The notes beneath the pieces were generated by a model. The model was not told where the DNA came from, searched no databases, and saw only the letters and a list, made by a program, of their open reading frames with translations. From Thermoplasmatota archaeon (lineage in GTDB: Archaea; Thermoplasmatota; E2; DHVEG-1): 62,288 nucleotides of DNA. Positions 27,694-37,403 of the stretch are shown piece after piece (the first letter of the stretch is position 1; the number at the start of each line of letters is the position of its first letter). Both the position numbers and the translations under genes were made by a program. The stretch lies in contig JAFGML010000025.1 in the NCBI GenBank assembly GCA_016927555.1, positions 1-62,288 of the forward strand, in the 5' to 3' direction.

Positions 27694-28075
27694 AGAAGAT
27701 GTGATGGACGGTCCACTGCTCATCGACCCACAAACCAATGATAGAAGCAGTAAAACCCCATGACTGAACAGTGTGCTTGGCCTTCTCCAATTGCTGCAGC
27801 TGGACGTCCTTTCCCACCGGGTTTCCTGCGCAATCACCATGGCCGATGACTGCAATGCACGAGGATCCATGTTTGTTCACTGAGATGCCGGTCCGTGTTT
27901 TCAACGATGCCACCACATCAGCTGGTTTGTTGTCAGCAAGTACTTTAATAGGACCTGGCTCTGTAATCATGTCCACGTACTCCGCTTTATAGCGGTGTTT
28001 CATCCATTCAATGATGGGCAATTGCACCCGTCCATCCATACAGTTAATAGCGGTCACAAACGTCCTCGGACTCAT
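27692..28075 (-). CDS. Minimal beta-carbonic anhydrase-like protein
   Basis: Zn ligands CMDGR and GHGDCAG; DMITEPG. Confidence 0.75.
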   Translation of the reverse strand: MSPRTFVTAINCMDGRVQLPIIEWMKHRYKAEYVDMITEPGPIKVLADNKPADVVASLKTRTGISVNKHGSSCIAVIGHGDCAGNPVGKDVQLQQLEKAKHTVQSWGFTASIIGLWVDEQWTVHHIF

Positions 28076-28097
28076 ATCACATCACCTTTCTCTTCCT

Positions 28098-29102
28098 TCA
28101 CACCTCGATCAGCTGATATTGGGACGACCCCAACCCGATCTCCTCCCCATAGGTTACTTGTTTAAAAGGATTTATTTTATTAATCTTTTTGAACACATCA
28201 GGTTTCACCGTATGAATCACATCAAGCGTCGCTTTGTCGATAGCAACCGGGTCTGTTGCCACCAGATACCCGATGTCAGGACAGATGATCGGCCCTGCTC
28301 TAGGATCACAATCACAGCCTCGGGAAATCCGCTTCAGCTCATTGATATAGATTATGTTCTTCTTCCGCACACAGGCTTTGGCTGAACACGCCAGCAGGTA
28401 CTGCAGATCCGCATCCTGGTACCTCAGAGCATCGGTTGGACATTCGTCCACACAGGCACCACACCCGAGACACTTGTTTTTATGGTACTTCCATGATTCT
28501 TTTGTCACGGTTATGGCTTGAAACGGACACGCCTCAGCGCAGACACCGCACAAGGTGCAGGCATCCTTATGATACACGGGATAGCTCCCGTCATGCATCC
28601 TTGTTTTTGTCTCCTTGGTGACTCCCCCCATCCCAAAGTTCTTGATAGCGCCACCCATTCCGGTCTGAATATGCCCTTTGACATGGGATAAGGCAAGCAC
28701 ATGCGTGGCCTGCTTCAAATGAGTAGCGACCTCGTAGGTTCTTCCTTCGACTGTTGTTGGGACTCCTGTGTCATCTATTACAACCTCACAACCAACCTGC
28801 TCTGGAGTGAATCCATGATGAGACGCAAGCTTCAGATATCCTTCTTTTGTGTATCGAGACCCATGGTACGCCACCGTCGTATCGAAGAGGAAAGGATCTG
28901 CATCAATTGCTTTGAGCTCATCGACTACTTGTTTGACGAACTCAGGTTTCATGAAATAGGGGTTGTGTTTCTCCCCCATGTGGAGTTTCACGAGCACCTG
29001 CTGTCCTGACAATTCTTTGAAGGGAACGCGCGAGAGCGCAGTCGCAAGTTTCTCTGGATGTTTAAAAAAAACAACGGTGTTCATCCAACTTTTTTCTCCC
29101 AC
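28098..29102 (-). CDS. DUF362 protein with an inserted 2x[4Fe-4S] ferredoxin domain
   Basis: VKLHMGE, HVKGH, GGAIKNFGMG, CTLCGVCAEACP, CLGCGACVDECP, CDC, DPVAIDKA. Confidence 0.85.
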   Translation of the reverse strand: MGEKSWMNTVVFFKHPEKLATALSRVPFKELSGQQVLVKLHMGEKHNPYFMKPEFVKQVVDELKAIDADPFLFDTTVAYHGSRYTKEGYLKLASHHGFTPEQVGCEVVIDDTGVPTTVEGRTYEVATHLKQATHVLALSHVKGHIQTGMGGAIKNFGMGGVTKETKTRMHDGSYPVYHKDACTLCGVCAEACPFQAITVTKESWKYHKNKCLGCGACVDECPTDALRYQDADLQYLLACSAKACVRKKNIIYINELKRISRGCDCDPRAGPIICPDIGYLVATDPVAIDKATLDVIHTVKPDVFKKINKINPFKQVTYGEEIGLGSSQYQLIEV

Positions 29103-30373
29103 TTCTTCAGCTTCAACACACTGCCTAACGAACCACCCTCTTTGATTTCCTCCCGGATGCGGTTCTCCTGCTCTTTGACATCGAGGGCTCGGTTCGCTAT
29201 CTCCTGGGCGATTTCTTGGGGCACGACCACGACACCAGAATCATCGCCGATGATCCAGTCACCGGTCTGCACCGTCTGACCACCGCAGGTGATTTCTGCG
29301 CCGATTTCCCCACAGCCCTTTGGTTCTCCAGCGTTCGGGACGATATGTCGTGAAAAAATCGGAAACCTGATTTTGATCAAATCATCGTAGTCTCTGACTG
29401 CGCCGTCGACGACGACGCCAGCAAGGCCTCTGAGTTTAGCACTCCAGGTCGCCAGCTCCCCCCAGACTGCAGTAGATCCACCGTTAACGTCGACAACGAG
29501 CACCTCTCCTCTCTGTGCTTTATCTATGGCTTCAATAGGTTTTGCCCAGTCACCGTCGATGGTTCGCACAGTCAATGCCCGACCTACCATGTGAAACCCT
29601 TTCATAATCGGTCGTACTCCTTGGAGCGCTCCTTGTTTGTGCATCGCATCGGAGATATTCGGCGTGGAGACCTTTGCGAACGCTAACTGGAGCTGCGCCA
29701 TATCATACTTCTTAAACAACTCGGAATGGATTTTCTTTTTCTGAAGCACTGCTTTTTTGATCACTGCTGTGGCCTTGGTCACATCCTTTGCTTTTGTAAT
29801 CGCCCCACCAACAATGATGATACAGGCTCCCGCAGATAGCACCTCGGCAACGGTTTCACTGTTAAGCCCACCAGCGACAGCAACAGGAAGCCTGGTGTGT
29901 TTCACTAAGTCGGTGAGCACCCGGAGGGGGTGTTGCCCACGCATCTGTTGATCTATCCCCACGTGGATGCAGAGGTAGTCGACTCCGAGTTTTTCCAAGC
30001 TGTGCGCTCGTTTCACCGGGTGAGGGACACCGATGAGATCCACCATGATTTTCACACCATATTTCCGTGCGGATTTCACTGCATCAACAATCGTGCTGTC
30101 ATCAGAGGCACCTAGCAGACACACGATATCTGCGCCTGCCTTTGCCGCCATCTCTGTTTCCAACGCCCCGGTATCCATAGTCTTCATATCAGCAACGATG
30201 GTCGTCTGCGGAAAGCTACTGCGGAACTGACGCACGACCTCCATCCCTTCGCTCTTAATCAGGGGTGTACCGACCTCAACCCAGTCAGCACCACCAGCGA
30301 GTGCATCACGTGCGATGGAGACCGCCCGATGAGCATTTATCACATCCACTGCGACTTGTACGACGGGTTTCAT
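29081..30373 (-). CDS. hps: 3-hexulose-6-phosphate synthase fused to an RraA/HMG-aldolase-like domain
   Basis: HPS motifs QVAVD, EVGTPLIKSEG, VADMKTMDTG; RraA-like STPNISDAM, AVWGELA, VVDGAVRD, GDDSGVVVVP. Confidence 0.88.
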   Translation of the reverse strand: MKPVVQVAVDVINAHRAVSIARDALAGGADWVEVGTPLIKSEGMEVVRQFRSSFPQTTIVADMKTMDTGALETEMAAKAGADIVCLLGASDDSTIVDAVKSARKYGVKIMVDLIGVPHPVKRAHSLEKLGVDYLCIHVGIDQQMRGQHPLRVLTDLVKHTRLPVAVAGGLNSETVAEVLSAGACIIIVGGAITKAKDVTKATAVIKKAVLQKKKIHSELFKKYDMAQLQLAFAKVSTPNISDAMHKQGALQGVRPIMKGFHMVGRALTVRTIDGDWAKPIEAIDKAQRGEVLVVDVNGGSTAVWGELATWSAKLRGLAGVVVDGAVRDYDDLIKIRFPIFSRHIVPNAGEPKGCGEIGAEITCGGQTVQTGDWIIGDDSGVVVVPQEIAQEIANRALDVKEQENRIREEIKEGGSLGSVLKLKKWEKKVG

Positions 30374-30455
30374 CACAGGAGGATACAGACGTCTTATTTA
30401 AAAAGGTAATGCACAGAGCGCCTCTGGAGCAGGAGGTTCTCGAACGTCTTTCGAG

Positions 30456-31163
30456 TTAGCTGAGACGTCGATGTTTCCAGAAGCGATAGAGGACAATAGA
30501 CAGGGAGACGACAATGATGCCGCAGCATATCACCAGGATCAGCGAGAACCCCAGGAGATTAAAGGCTGATGCTTGCGGGGAGACGTTGATAGCGATCGTA
30601 TTGGGGAGAAACCCGCTTTTCTCCACATGAATCTCATAGGTTTCGCTTTTCCGAACACCGGGAGTGGATAACGGAACGGTTCCGTTCAAGTCTGTCGAAT
30701 AACTCTGGTTCTGATAGGTGACGGTGACGTTGTCGACTATAAGTCCTTGTTCATCAACCACCGTGAGTGTAAAGAAGGTATTTTCAGAGATGTACGAGGA
30801 GGTCACCAGGGCGAAGAGCTGCGGGATATTCTTGATGGTCACCTGACAGGTGGTGGCATTGAAGCCCTCCTTTTCCGCGGTGAGCAACACTGACTTGTTT
30901 TGAGTAGGCTCGACACGGGGCGCCTGCAACCGCACAGCACCGGATTCGTTCGTCAAATACACTAGAGTAATAAAGCTCATGGTCACATTAGCTATAGGGG
31001 TGTTGTCTGCAGTCACCGTCACTTCAAACCACGCGTTTTCATCAACTTCAGTAGGACAGAGAAGGGAAAGATCTGCTGCCTGTGTGCATGAAGCACACCG
31101 TAGCAGGGGAAACAGCACAAGAATCAGAAGAAGAATTGTACGGATGCCCTGTGTCCTTTGCAT
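30456..31163 (-). CDS. Surface protein with two Ig-like repeats and a C-terminal TM anchor
   Basis: Duplicated F.(V/L)TV...I.NVT...Y.T...G.V.L..P.V...AEK.GF units; signal peptide; TM helix plus basic tail. Confidence 0.75.
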   Translation of the reverse strand: MQRTQGIRTILLLILVLFPLLRCASCTQAADLSLLCPTEVDENAWFEVTVTADNTPIANVTMSFITLVYLTNESGAVRLQAPRVEPTQNKSVLLTAEKEGFNATTCQVTIKNIPQLFALVTSSYISENTFFTLTVVDEQGLIVDNVTVTYQNQSYSTDLNGTVPLSTPGVRKSETYEIHVEKSGFLPNTIAINVSPQASAFNLLGFSLILVICCGIIVVSLSIVLYRFWKHRRLS

Positions 31164-31288
31164 ACCTGCCAACGACTCAGAAGCAGCATGAGGGTTTATA
31201 TCATTTTCAGGGGTTGTTTGGTGTTTCCCAAACATTTTCTGACACTATAAATAGCAGCAGGAAAATAACATCTACTGAGGCGTATAAC

Positions 31289-31375
31289 ATGACCTCTGCA
31301 TCCAAACAGTTCCTTGCCTTGCTCATTGTCGTTTCGACCATTGTCGTACTCGCAAAAATATTCCTCCAGGTCTAA
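31289..31375 (+). CDS. Putative 28-aa single-TM microprotein
   Basis: MTSASKQFLALLIVVSTIVVLAKIFLQV*; TATA-like ctataaata near 31246, gagg RBS, T-run after the stop. Confidence 0.4.
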   Translation: MTSASKQFLALLIVVSTIVVLAKIFLQV

Positions 31376-31442
31376 ACCCTATTTTTTTTTAAAAAAACTT
31401 ATATATAGTACAAACCCATAAATGATATGGGGGATATGTCCA

Positions 31443-32534
31443 ATGCGTCGTGATCACCGATTCTTCCACCGAGGCATGCTGTTCGCTGCCCTGTGCTCTC
31501 TGCTGTTCCTTGCGTTCTCGTTTTCCACGACTGCAGACCGAGGAGGTTCTTCTGTTGAATCACTTGACCCCTATCACTATCATACGTATCAAGAACTCAC
31601 TGATGAGCTGCATGCCTACCAAGCAAACTATTCTTCTCTGATGACCGTGTCCTCCCTTGGGACGTCCTATGAAGGCCGGGACATCTGGGTTGTGAAACTC
31701 TCAGATAACGTAGACCAACAAGAGGATGAGCCTGGTGTGCTGTTCATGGGAGCCCACCATGGTAATGAAAAACCAAGCTACGAGGTCTGCCTGTTCTTCA
31801 TTCGTTACATGGTGGAGCACTACGACAACGATACTGTCCCTGAGGTGCGGGAGGCGCTCAACACCACGCAGATCTATCTCATCCCGATGGTAAACCCAGA
31901 TGGTGTCGAGGCAGACACCAGGAAGAACTGCGTTCCAAACCATGGGCCTTTCGGCTTCAAACCAACCATCACTTCCTATGGGGTGAACCTGAATCGTAAC
32001 TACGCAGACCAGTGGTTCCTGTCGTACCTTCTCCCAGTCCACTACTACCTCCCGTTCATTCTATGGGATGATAGTGGCAATTATCGTGGACCCTCCCCCT
32101 TCTCTGAGAATGAGACTCGGGCAGTACGGGATTTCGTGCTGGCACATGACCTGTGCCTCTCCTTGTCCTACCATACGTTTGGAGAATTCATTGTCTACCC
32201 CTGGATGCACAGCTCACAGCCCACTCCAGATGAACCCCTGTTCCGCTCCATTGGTGAGAACATCACACAGATCAACCACTACACGCTGTATACGAAGACC
32301 TGGTCCATGATACCCCGTTTAGGAGGAACGCTGGGGAGCTCAGAGAACTGGTTGTACCGGGAGAAAGGCATCCTTGCGTACACGGTAGAGCTCTGCACCC
32401 AACGAGCACCAACCAACCCGCAAGTCGTCTACAACGTCTGCATGACCCACACCATGGTGCATCTGTACCTCTGTCAGCGGGCGCAGACCATCGAAGCAGA
32501 ACGACACCTGCTTCATCAGACCTTCACAGGATGA
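31443..32534 (+). CDS. Secreted M14 zinc carboxypeptidase (carboxypeptidase T-like)
   Basis: GAHHGNE (HxxE), NPDG, NLNRNY, FSENET, LSYHT, YTVEL. Confidence 0.93.
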   Translation: MRRDHRFFHRGMLFAALCSLLFLAFSFSTTADRGGSSVESLDPYHYHTYQELTDELHAYQANYSSLMTVSSLGTSYEGRDIWVVKLSDNVDQQEDEPGVLFMGAHHGNEKPSYEVCLFFIRYMVEHYDNDTVPEVREALNTTQIYLIPMVNPDGVEADTRKNCVPNHGPFGFKPTITSYGVNLNRNYADQWFLSYLLPVHYYLPFILWDDSGNYRGPSPFSENETRAVRDFVLAHDLCLSLSYHTFGEFIVYPWMHSSQPTPDEPLFRSIGENITQINHYTLYTKTWSMIPRLGGTLGSSENWLYREKGILAYTVELCTQRAPTNPQVVYNVCMTHTMVHLYLCQRAQTIEAERHLLHQTFTG

Positions 32535-32615
32535 ATTTAAACAGTTATTTTTCTATATGGAGGAACACTGTTTCTCTTTTATCAAATAACCATCCTTGTA
32601 TTCATAATAACTAGG

Positions 32616-32681
32616 AGAGAATGGGGTCTTATGTGAGGTGGTGAGGAGATGTGTTTGAAAAGACTAATGCCCCCATTCTCT
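32616..32681. repeat. Inverted repeat / stem-loop in a convergent intergenic region
   Basis: agagaatgggg (32616-32626) and ccccattctct (32671-32681) form a perfect 11-bp IR, extended inward by gtctt/aagac. Confidence 0.7.
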
Positions 32682-32818
32682 AGATTATATATAGTTCCTT
32701 CAAGTATATATAATTTATTATTATAATTGTTTATTATATATCTTTTCTATATATTACACCTACTGTTAATACGGTAAAAACGAGAGAACGAAAGGGGTCC
32801 CTGCGGAGTGTGGGGGCC

Positions 32819-33472
32819 TTAGTGCAACTCCTGTATCATCGCGTACAACAGCTGGGTGACGATTGCTTCAAAGCACCCACCGATGTTCAAGCAGGTCACC
32901 AAGGTAATGGTCGCGATAACTAACCCCAGGGTAATCGCCAGCGGAATAAAGACAAGGACCGTGATGAAGCACCCTAAGGCACTCGAGGTACTCAGACCCA
33001 GCGGCTGAGGAGAGTCGATGAGGGAAACAGGGAAATCAACCTCGCTAACGTACTCGTGTAGCAGCTCTGGGTGCTGTCGTACGTCATCAAAGTAGCGTTC
33101 CACATCAGCGACACTGTACCCATAGGACTGTAACAGCTGACGCACCTGAGGAGACGTGGTAATCTTTTTGAAGTAACCCTTGACGAGAATCGGGTTATTC
33201 TGCAGGAGCTGGAACGCTTTGTCCAACTGCGCCTGCAGCGTCGTACGCCCTGACTGGAAGAAATTCGTGGTTTTCCCTCGCCCTAGGTAATTGCGCGCGA
33301 TGATGCTGTTGGTGTGCTGCGCTGTTGACTGAGCGGTACGGACAGCAAAGAGTGGTGACTCGACTGATGAGCTTTCAGGTTGTGAGGATGGAACGCCAAT
33401 GACAGATGATAACGACGCCAGAATGAGAAGTACAGCTGCTCCACTACTCACACACATGGTCTTTTTCATCAT
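32819..33472 (-). CDS. Secreted/membrane hypothetical protein, paralog 1
   Basis: MKKTMCV leader; SPLF.VRT motif; conserved hydrophobic Cys-containing C-terminus. Confidence 0.82.
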   Translation of the reverse strand: MMKKTMCVSSGAAVLLILASLSSVIGVPSSQPESSSVESPLFAVRTAQSTAQHTNSIIARNYLGRGKTTNFFQSGRTTLQAQLDKAFQLLQNNPILVKGYFKKITTSPQVRQLLQSYGYSVADVERYFDDVRQHPELLHEYVSEVDFPVSLIDSPQPLGLSTSSALGCFITVLVFIPLAITLGLVIATITLVTCLNIGGCFEAIVTQLLYAMIQELH

Positions 33473-33648
33473 ACTAAAACCCCATAGTACGTATATATTA
33501 TAAGGTTTAACTATATAACTATATCGTAGAGGAAATAAAAAAAAACGCCTTCTGATAAACACACAGCCTCACGTGGCGATATGTTCATCGACAGACGGAA
33601 TGTTCAATCACAGAGTCTGGTTCTCTTCCTGCTTTTTTCCCACGGTCT

Positions 33649-34305
33649 TTACGAGAGTCCCTGGATCATACTGTTGAAGAGATTCTCAAAGCAGTTGTTG
33701 ATGTTCAAACAGGTCACCAGTGTCATTGTGGCGATCAGTATTGACAGAACGAGAAACACAGGCAGCAGGACGATGATGGTGATGACGCAGCCTAGGCCAC
33801 TGGATGTGTTGAGGAGCTGTGCCGGTTGGAACCCCCCGGGTACTTGTATTGATTCTTCGATAGCACCCATCTCACCAGCGAGCAGTTCAGGGGTGTGCTT
33901 CACCTGGTTGAAGTACGCTATGACCTGTTGTTCACTTAATCCTTGCTCCTGTAGTGTGCACTGTATCTGTGGATTGCGGAGGGCGTTTCGTAAATTTTTT
34001 TCAATGATGCCAGGGGAGATGCGTAGCAATTGCAGTCCCCGCTCGATGAGTGACTGCGTTGACGACAAGCGACCAAAGAACAGAGGTGATGTTTCCCCTT
34101 TTCCGAGGTACATCGTGTGGACTGAGGTGTCAAGGTGATGCCCTGTGGATCGTGAGGTCCGAACAGAAAACAAAGGTGATTGTATCGTGTCCTCGGTGTG
34201 TTCTCCTGGTGAGGTGTTCCACCCAATGACCGATGAGATTGAGGCTAGAATCAGAACAACAGCTGCTGTACAACTTACCACTACCAACCTTTTCTTCATA
34301 CGCAT
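33649..34305 (-). CDS. Secreted/membrane hypothetical protein, paralog 2
   Basis: MRMKKRLVV leader; same SPLF.VRT, YLG.G.T and TLVTCLNI..CFE motifs as paralog 1. Confidence 0.82.
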   Translation of the reverse strand: MRMKKRLVVVSCTAAVVLILASISSVIGWNTSPGEHTEDTIQSPLFSVRTSRSTGHHLDTSVHTMYLGKGETSPLFFGRLSSTQSLIERGLQLLRISPGIIEKNLRNALRNPQIQCTLQEQGLSEQQVIAYFNQVKHTPELLAGEMGAIEESIQVPGGFQPAQLLNTSSGLGCVITIIVLLPVFLVLSILIATMTLVTCLNINNCFENLFNSMIQGLS

Positions 34306-34423
34306 TCCTCTTCTAAGTGATATATCCCGCCTCATGTATAAAAATATATCGAAGGACGAATCGTAAAAAGGCTATCTCTGTACGCTTGCAGTATCTTGAT
34401 GGTGTTCCTCTCTCGGCTCCTAC

Positions 34424-35074
34424 TTACTTTTTCGCAGAAACCCAGACCGCACTCCCGAGCGGGAGCACCGTCTTCCCACTCATGGTGTTCAGCAGAATCG
34501 CTGCCGCGCCATAAAAGGACAACAGCGAGGTTAGTACCAGAAACACCCCTGCTGGTTGTGCGGTCCACTCAACCAGGTAGTGGAGAATGAGTAAGATGAC
34601 CGCGAGGTCCACAGCAAGTAAAATGGCTACAAACGTTTTGTTGGTCCTTAACGCTGCTACCGTAGCGATGAGCGAAAACACAAGGATACCTATCAGTCCA
34701 AACGCATAGTGTGTGAGATCAAAAGGCACACCAGTAAAGATGGTGATACACAGAGTCACTGCGATGGAGTACATCGTCATTGCGTACACCGAAAAGACGG
34801 TTGCACCGAAAATGTTGTTCCGTTTGAACTCCATCGTACCAGCGATGAGCTGCGCGGTAGCACCAAAGAACAACACCCAGGGGATCGCGAGTGATTTTGC
34901 AGTTGTCGATGTTAATCTGAGGTCTATGGATCCTAACACGAGTGCAGCAATAGCTAAGCCTAGCAATCCTAATGCAGCCGGCTCTGCAACCGGCGTTGCT
35001 GTGCCTACTGTGTCTGAAGATTTTTGCTTCTGCTGGTTTGCTTGAGTCGGTGTCGACTTTGAATCATGCTCCAT
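34424..35074 (-). CDS. Acetate/succinate uptake channel, SatP/GPR1/FUN34/YaaH family
   Basis: AEPAALGLLGL, FFGATAQLIAG.MEF.R.N.FGAT.F..Y; six hydrophobic helices. Confidence 0.85.
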   Translation of the reverse strand: MEHDSKSTPTQANQQKQKSSDTVGTATPVAEPAALGLLGLAIAALVLGSIDLRLTSTTAKSLAIPWVLFFGATAQLIAGTMEFKRNNIFGATVFSVYAMTMYSIAVTLCITIFTGVPFDLTHYAFGLIGILVFSLIATVAALRTNKTFVAILLAVDLAVILLILHYLVEWTAQPAGVFLVLTSLLSFYGAAAILLNTMSGKTVLPLGSAVWVSAKK

Positions 35075-37402
35075 TTACTTCCACTGCTCCCAATACCGTT
35101 TCTTCACCGTTGGCGGGTGTTCGCCTTTTTCGTACACCCCACCCCACGTATTCAACCCCTGTTGCTCATCGTTGTCAATTTTTTCTTGCAGCATCTGCAG
35201 CATCTTTATCTCGGTAAACCCAAGCTGCTTCATTTTCTGCGGTGTCGGAATCCCATTGGGTGTCCACCCGCGACGGTAGTACACCGCATCTGCGAGCTTC
35301 TCATACTGATTCCGGCGGTAGGCGTACAACCTCGTGAGTTTCTCCTTCGTCGTCATCGTCTCAACCTCGCCTTTCGAAAGACCCAGTTTGTCAACCAGCT
35401 GGGTGTCATACCGCTCCTTCCGTGAGACGTACTCCATCTCTGTGACTGGCCCCATTGCCCGGAAGGGGATCCAATCATCCTTTCGCTGCCCGCGACCGAG
35501 CCACACGTTCATCGCACGCTGCCAGTTGTAGCACCGCTCGCTTTGCAGAATCAAGTCCTCTTTTGTGACACTCCATCCAGTCATCGCATTCTGGTACGCC
35601 ACGTAGTTCTCTACATGCTCTGGGACCTTTGACGGCTCTGCGGTCTCGGCGTTGTTTGCCGGCTCGATGTCATTCCAGGGCAACTTACAGAGGCCGTTGA
35701 GCCCAAACCACGTCCGCCACATCGGGAAGTAGTGCAGCGCCTCTGCTTTCATCTCAAACGTCGGAATCGCATTGTTCACCATGTCCATGAAGATGAGCCA
35801 TGCTTCATCATGTTGTGGTCCTTTCAACGTCAGTCCATACCCACCCTGCATCGCCAGTGACTCCTTGGTGACATACTCTGAGAACTCCAGACCTTTGCTC
35901 TCCATGCCCGCGTCATTCACAAGCTGGGGATCCCCCCACTGGTTCTTGATGATCCAGTCTTTCACCCGTCGGACTCCTTTGCCTGCGACTTTGATGAACT
36001 CAGCATGGTCCCCTTGTGCCATGCGATGGAGCAACTCAAGGGCGGCATCAGCGTTGCCAAAGCACAGCTCCAAACCATTGCATCGCTCCTTGTTCAAGAT
36101 GCCGTACTCATACATCTCCATGTAAAACGCGGTCGCTGTGCCTGCTGAAATCGTATCAATACCATAGGTGTCACAGTAGAAGTTGAACTCCAGCACCCAA
36201 AGTGGGTCCCAGATGCTCATGTTCGCACAAGCACCAATGGTCTCATACTCAGGGCCGTCCACCGTGACTTTCTCGCCTTTATACGGCCCGGTCATCACCG
36301 TGTAGCCATCTACGGTTTTTGCACACGCCATCGTGCACCCATGCCAGCACCCATCAGGAATGATTTTCGTAAACAGTTCGTAGAAATGCGGTGAGAAGAT
36401 CTTCGAAGCTTTCGGAAAACTCCCGAACCGATAATTCTCTGTGGGTAACAAATCATAGGCATCCATGATCTCCACGAGATGTCCGGTCCCAACAGTACGC
36501 ATGTTGCATTGGTACCGATCGAGATCACGGATTTCACGATGCAGTTTCGTGCCGACTTTCGCCAGTGTCACAGGATCAGCTGGATGATTGGACACCCCAT
36601 CAAATCGTTCGACTTTCACGACGAGCGCCTTTATTTTCTTATCTCGGAGCACGGTGCCCAGTCCACCACGACCTGCTTGCTTGATACGAGGCACTTTCCG
36701 CCGGATGTCATAGAAGGAGAAATTCAGGCACCCCCAGAAGCTGTGCTCAGCTGCTGTCCCTGAGGAGACCACTGAGACTTTCTGTCGTGCTTTATCTGTG
36801 TGTTCTGTCGCGTACATCTCCGTGAGCTGCTCACTGAGCAAATGAGTGTCTGTTTCTTCTAACGGAGCAGTTTCAATAGTGACTGTTCCTTTTTCTCCAT
36901 CAATAACAACAATAACGTCTTCGCTGGCCTTCCCTTGTATCTCCAGTGCATCAAACCCAGCGAACTTCAGGTACGGGCCGAAGAAGCCACCTACGTTACA
37001 ATCGCAAATAATGTTTGTGGAAGGAGAAACACTCAAACACAGAGATTTCCCTGAGCCTGCATACTGGGTGGTGCCGCAGAGCGGACCAGTCGTGATGAGC
37101 AGCTCATTCTCCTCGCTGTCCCATCGTGTCGTCGGCTGAATTGACTCCCATATCAGCTTGAGCCCAAATCCTCGACCACCGGTGAACAACTTCTTCATCT
37201 GGTCTGAGACAGGTTTTTCTGAGATCTCCTTCGTGCCTACATTGACGTACAGTGTTCTGTTTGCGTACCCTCTCTCAACACTCCCTTTTGTATAGGAATA
37301 GGATGCCAGCTTCTTATGAGCCGCTTTCAAGCGCTGTACATCCCACTGATGGGGTGTGTTTCCAGTACTGTACTCCTCGACCGGTATCTGTCCTTCCATC
37401 AT
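35075..37402 (-). CDS. Tungsten-type aldehyde:ferredoxin oxidoreductase, catalytic subunit
   Basis: GGRGFG, GPL.G, AGRGGLG, GCWHGCTMAC, GPEYET, CDTYGIDTIS, KGLE, GLCKLPW, YYRRGW...G.PT; start placed at MMEGQ. Confidence 0.93.
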   Translation of the reverse strand: MMEGQIPVEEYSTGNTPHQWDVQRLKAAHKKLASYSYTKGSVERGYANRTLYVNVGTKEISEKPVSDQMKKLFTGGRGFGLKLIWESIQPTTRWDSEENELLITTGPLCGTTQYAGSGKSLCLSVSPSTNIICDCNVGGFFGPYLKFAGFDALEIQGKASEDVIVVIDGEKGTVTIETAPLEETDTHLLSEQLTEMYATEHTDKARQKVSVVSSGTAAEHSFWGCLNFSFYDIRRKVPRIKQAGRGGLGTVLRDKKIKALVVKVERFDGVSNHPADPVTLAKVGTKLHREIRDLDRYQCNMRTVGTGHLVEIMDAYDLLPTENYRFGSFPKASKIFSPHFYELFTKIIPDGCWHGCTMACAKTVDGYTVMTGPYKGEKVTVDGPEYETIGACANMSIWDPLWVLEFNFYCDTYGIDTISAGTATAFYMEMYEYGILNKERCNGLELCFGNADAALELLHRMAQGDHAEFIKVAGKGVRRVKDWIIKNQWGDPQLVNDAGMESKGLEFSEYVTKESLAMQGGYGLTLKGPQHDEAWLIFMDMVNNAIPTFEMKAEALHYFPMWRTWFGLNGLCKLPWNDIEPANNAETAEPSKVPEHVENYVAYQNAMTGWSVTKEDLILQSERCYNWQRAMNVWLGRGQRKDDWIPFRAMGPVTEMEYVSRKERYDTQLVDKLGLSKGEVETMTTKEKLTRLYAYRRNQYEKLADAVYYRRGWTPNGIPTPQKMKQLGFTEIKMLQMLQEKIDNDEQQGLNTWGGVYEKGEHPPTVKKRYWEQWK

Positions 37403-37403
37403 G

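Noticed and set aside
33581-34138. 185-aa plus-strand ORF
   Set aside because: Antisense to a gene whose frame is validated by its tandem paralog.
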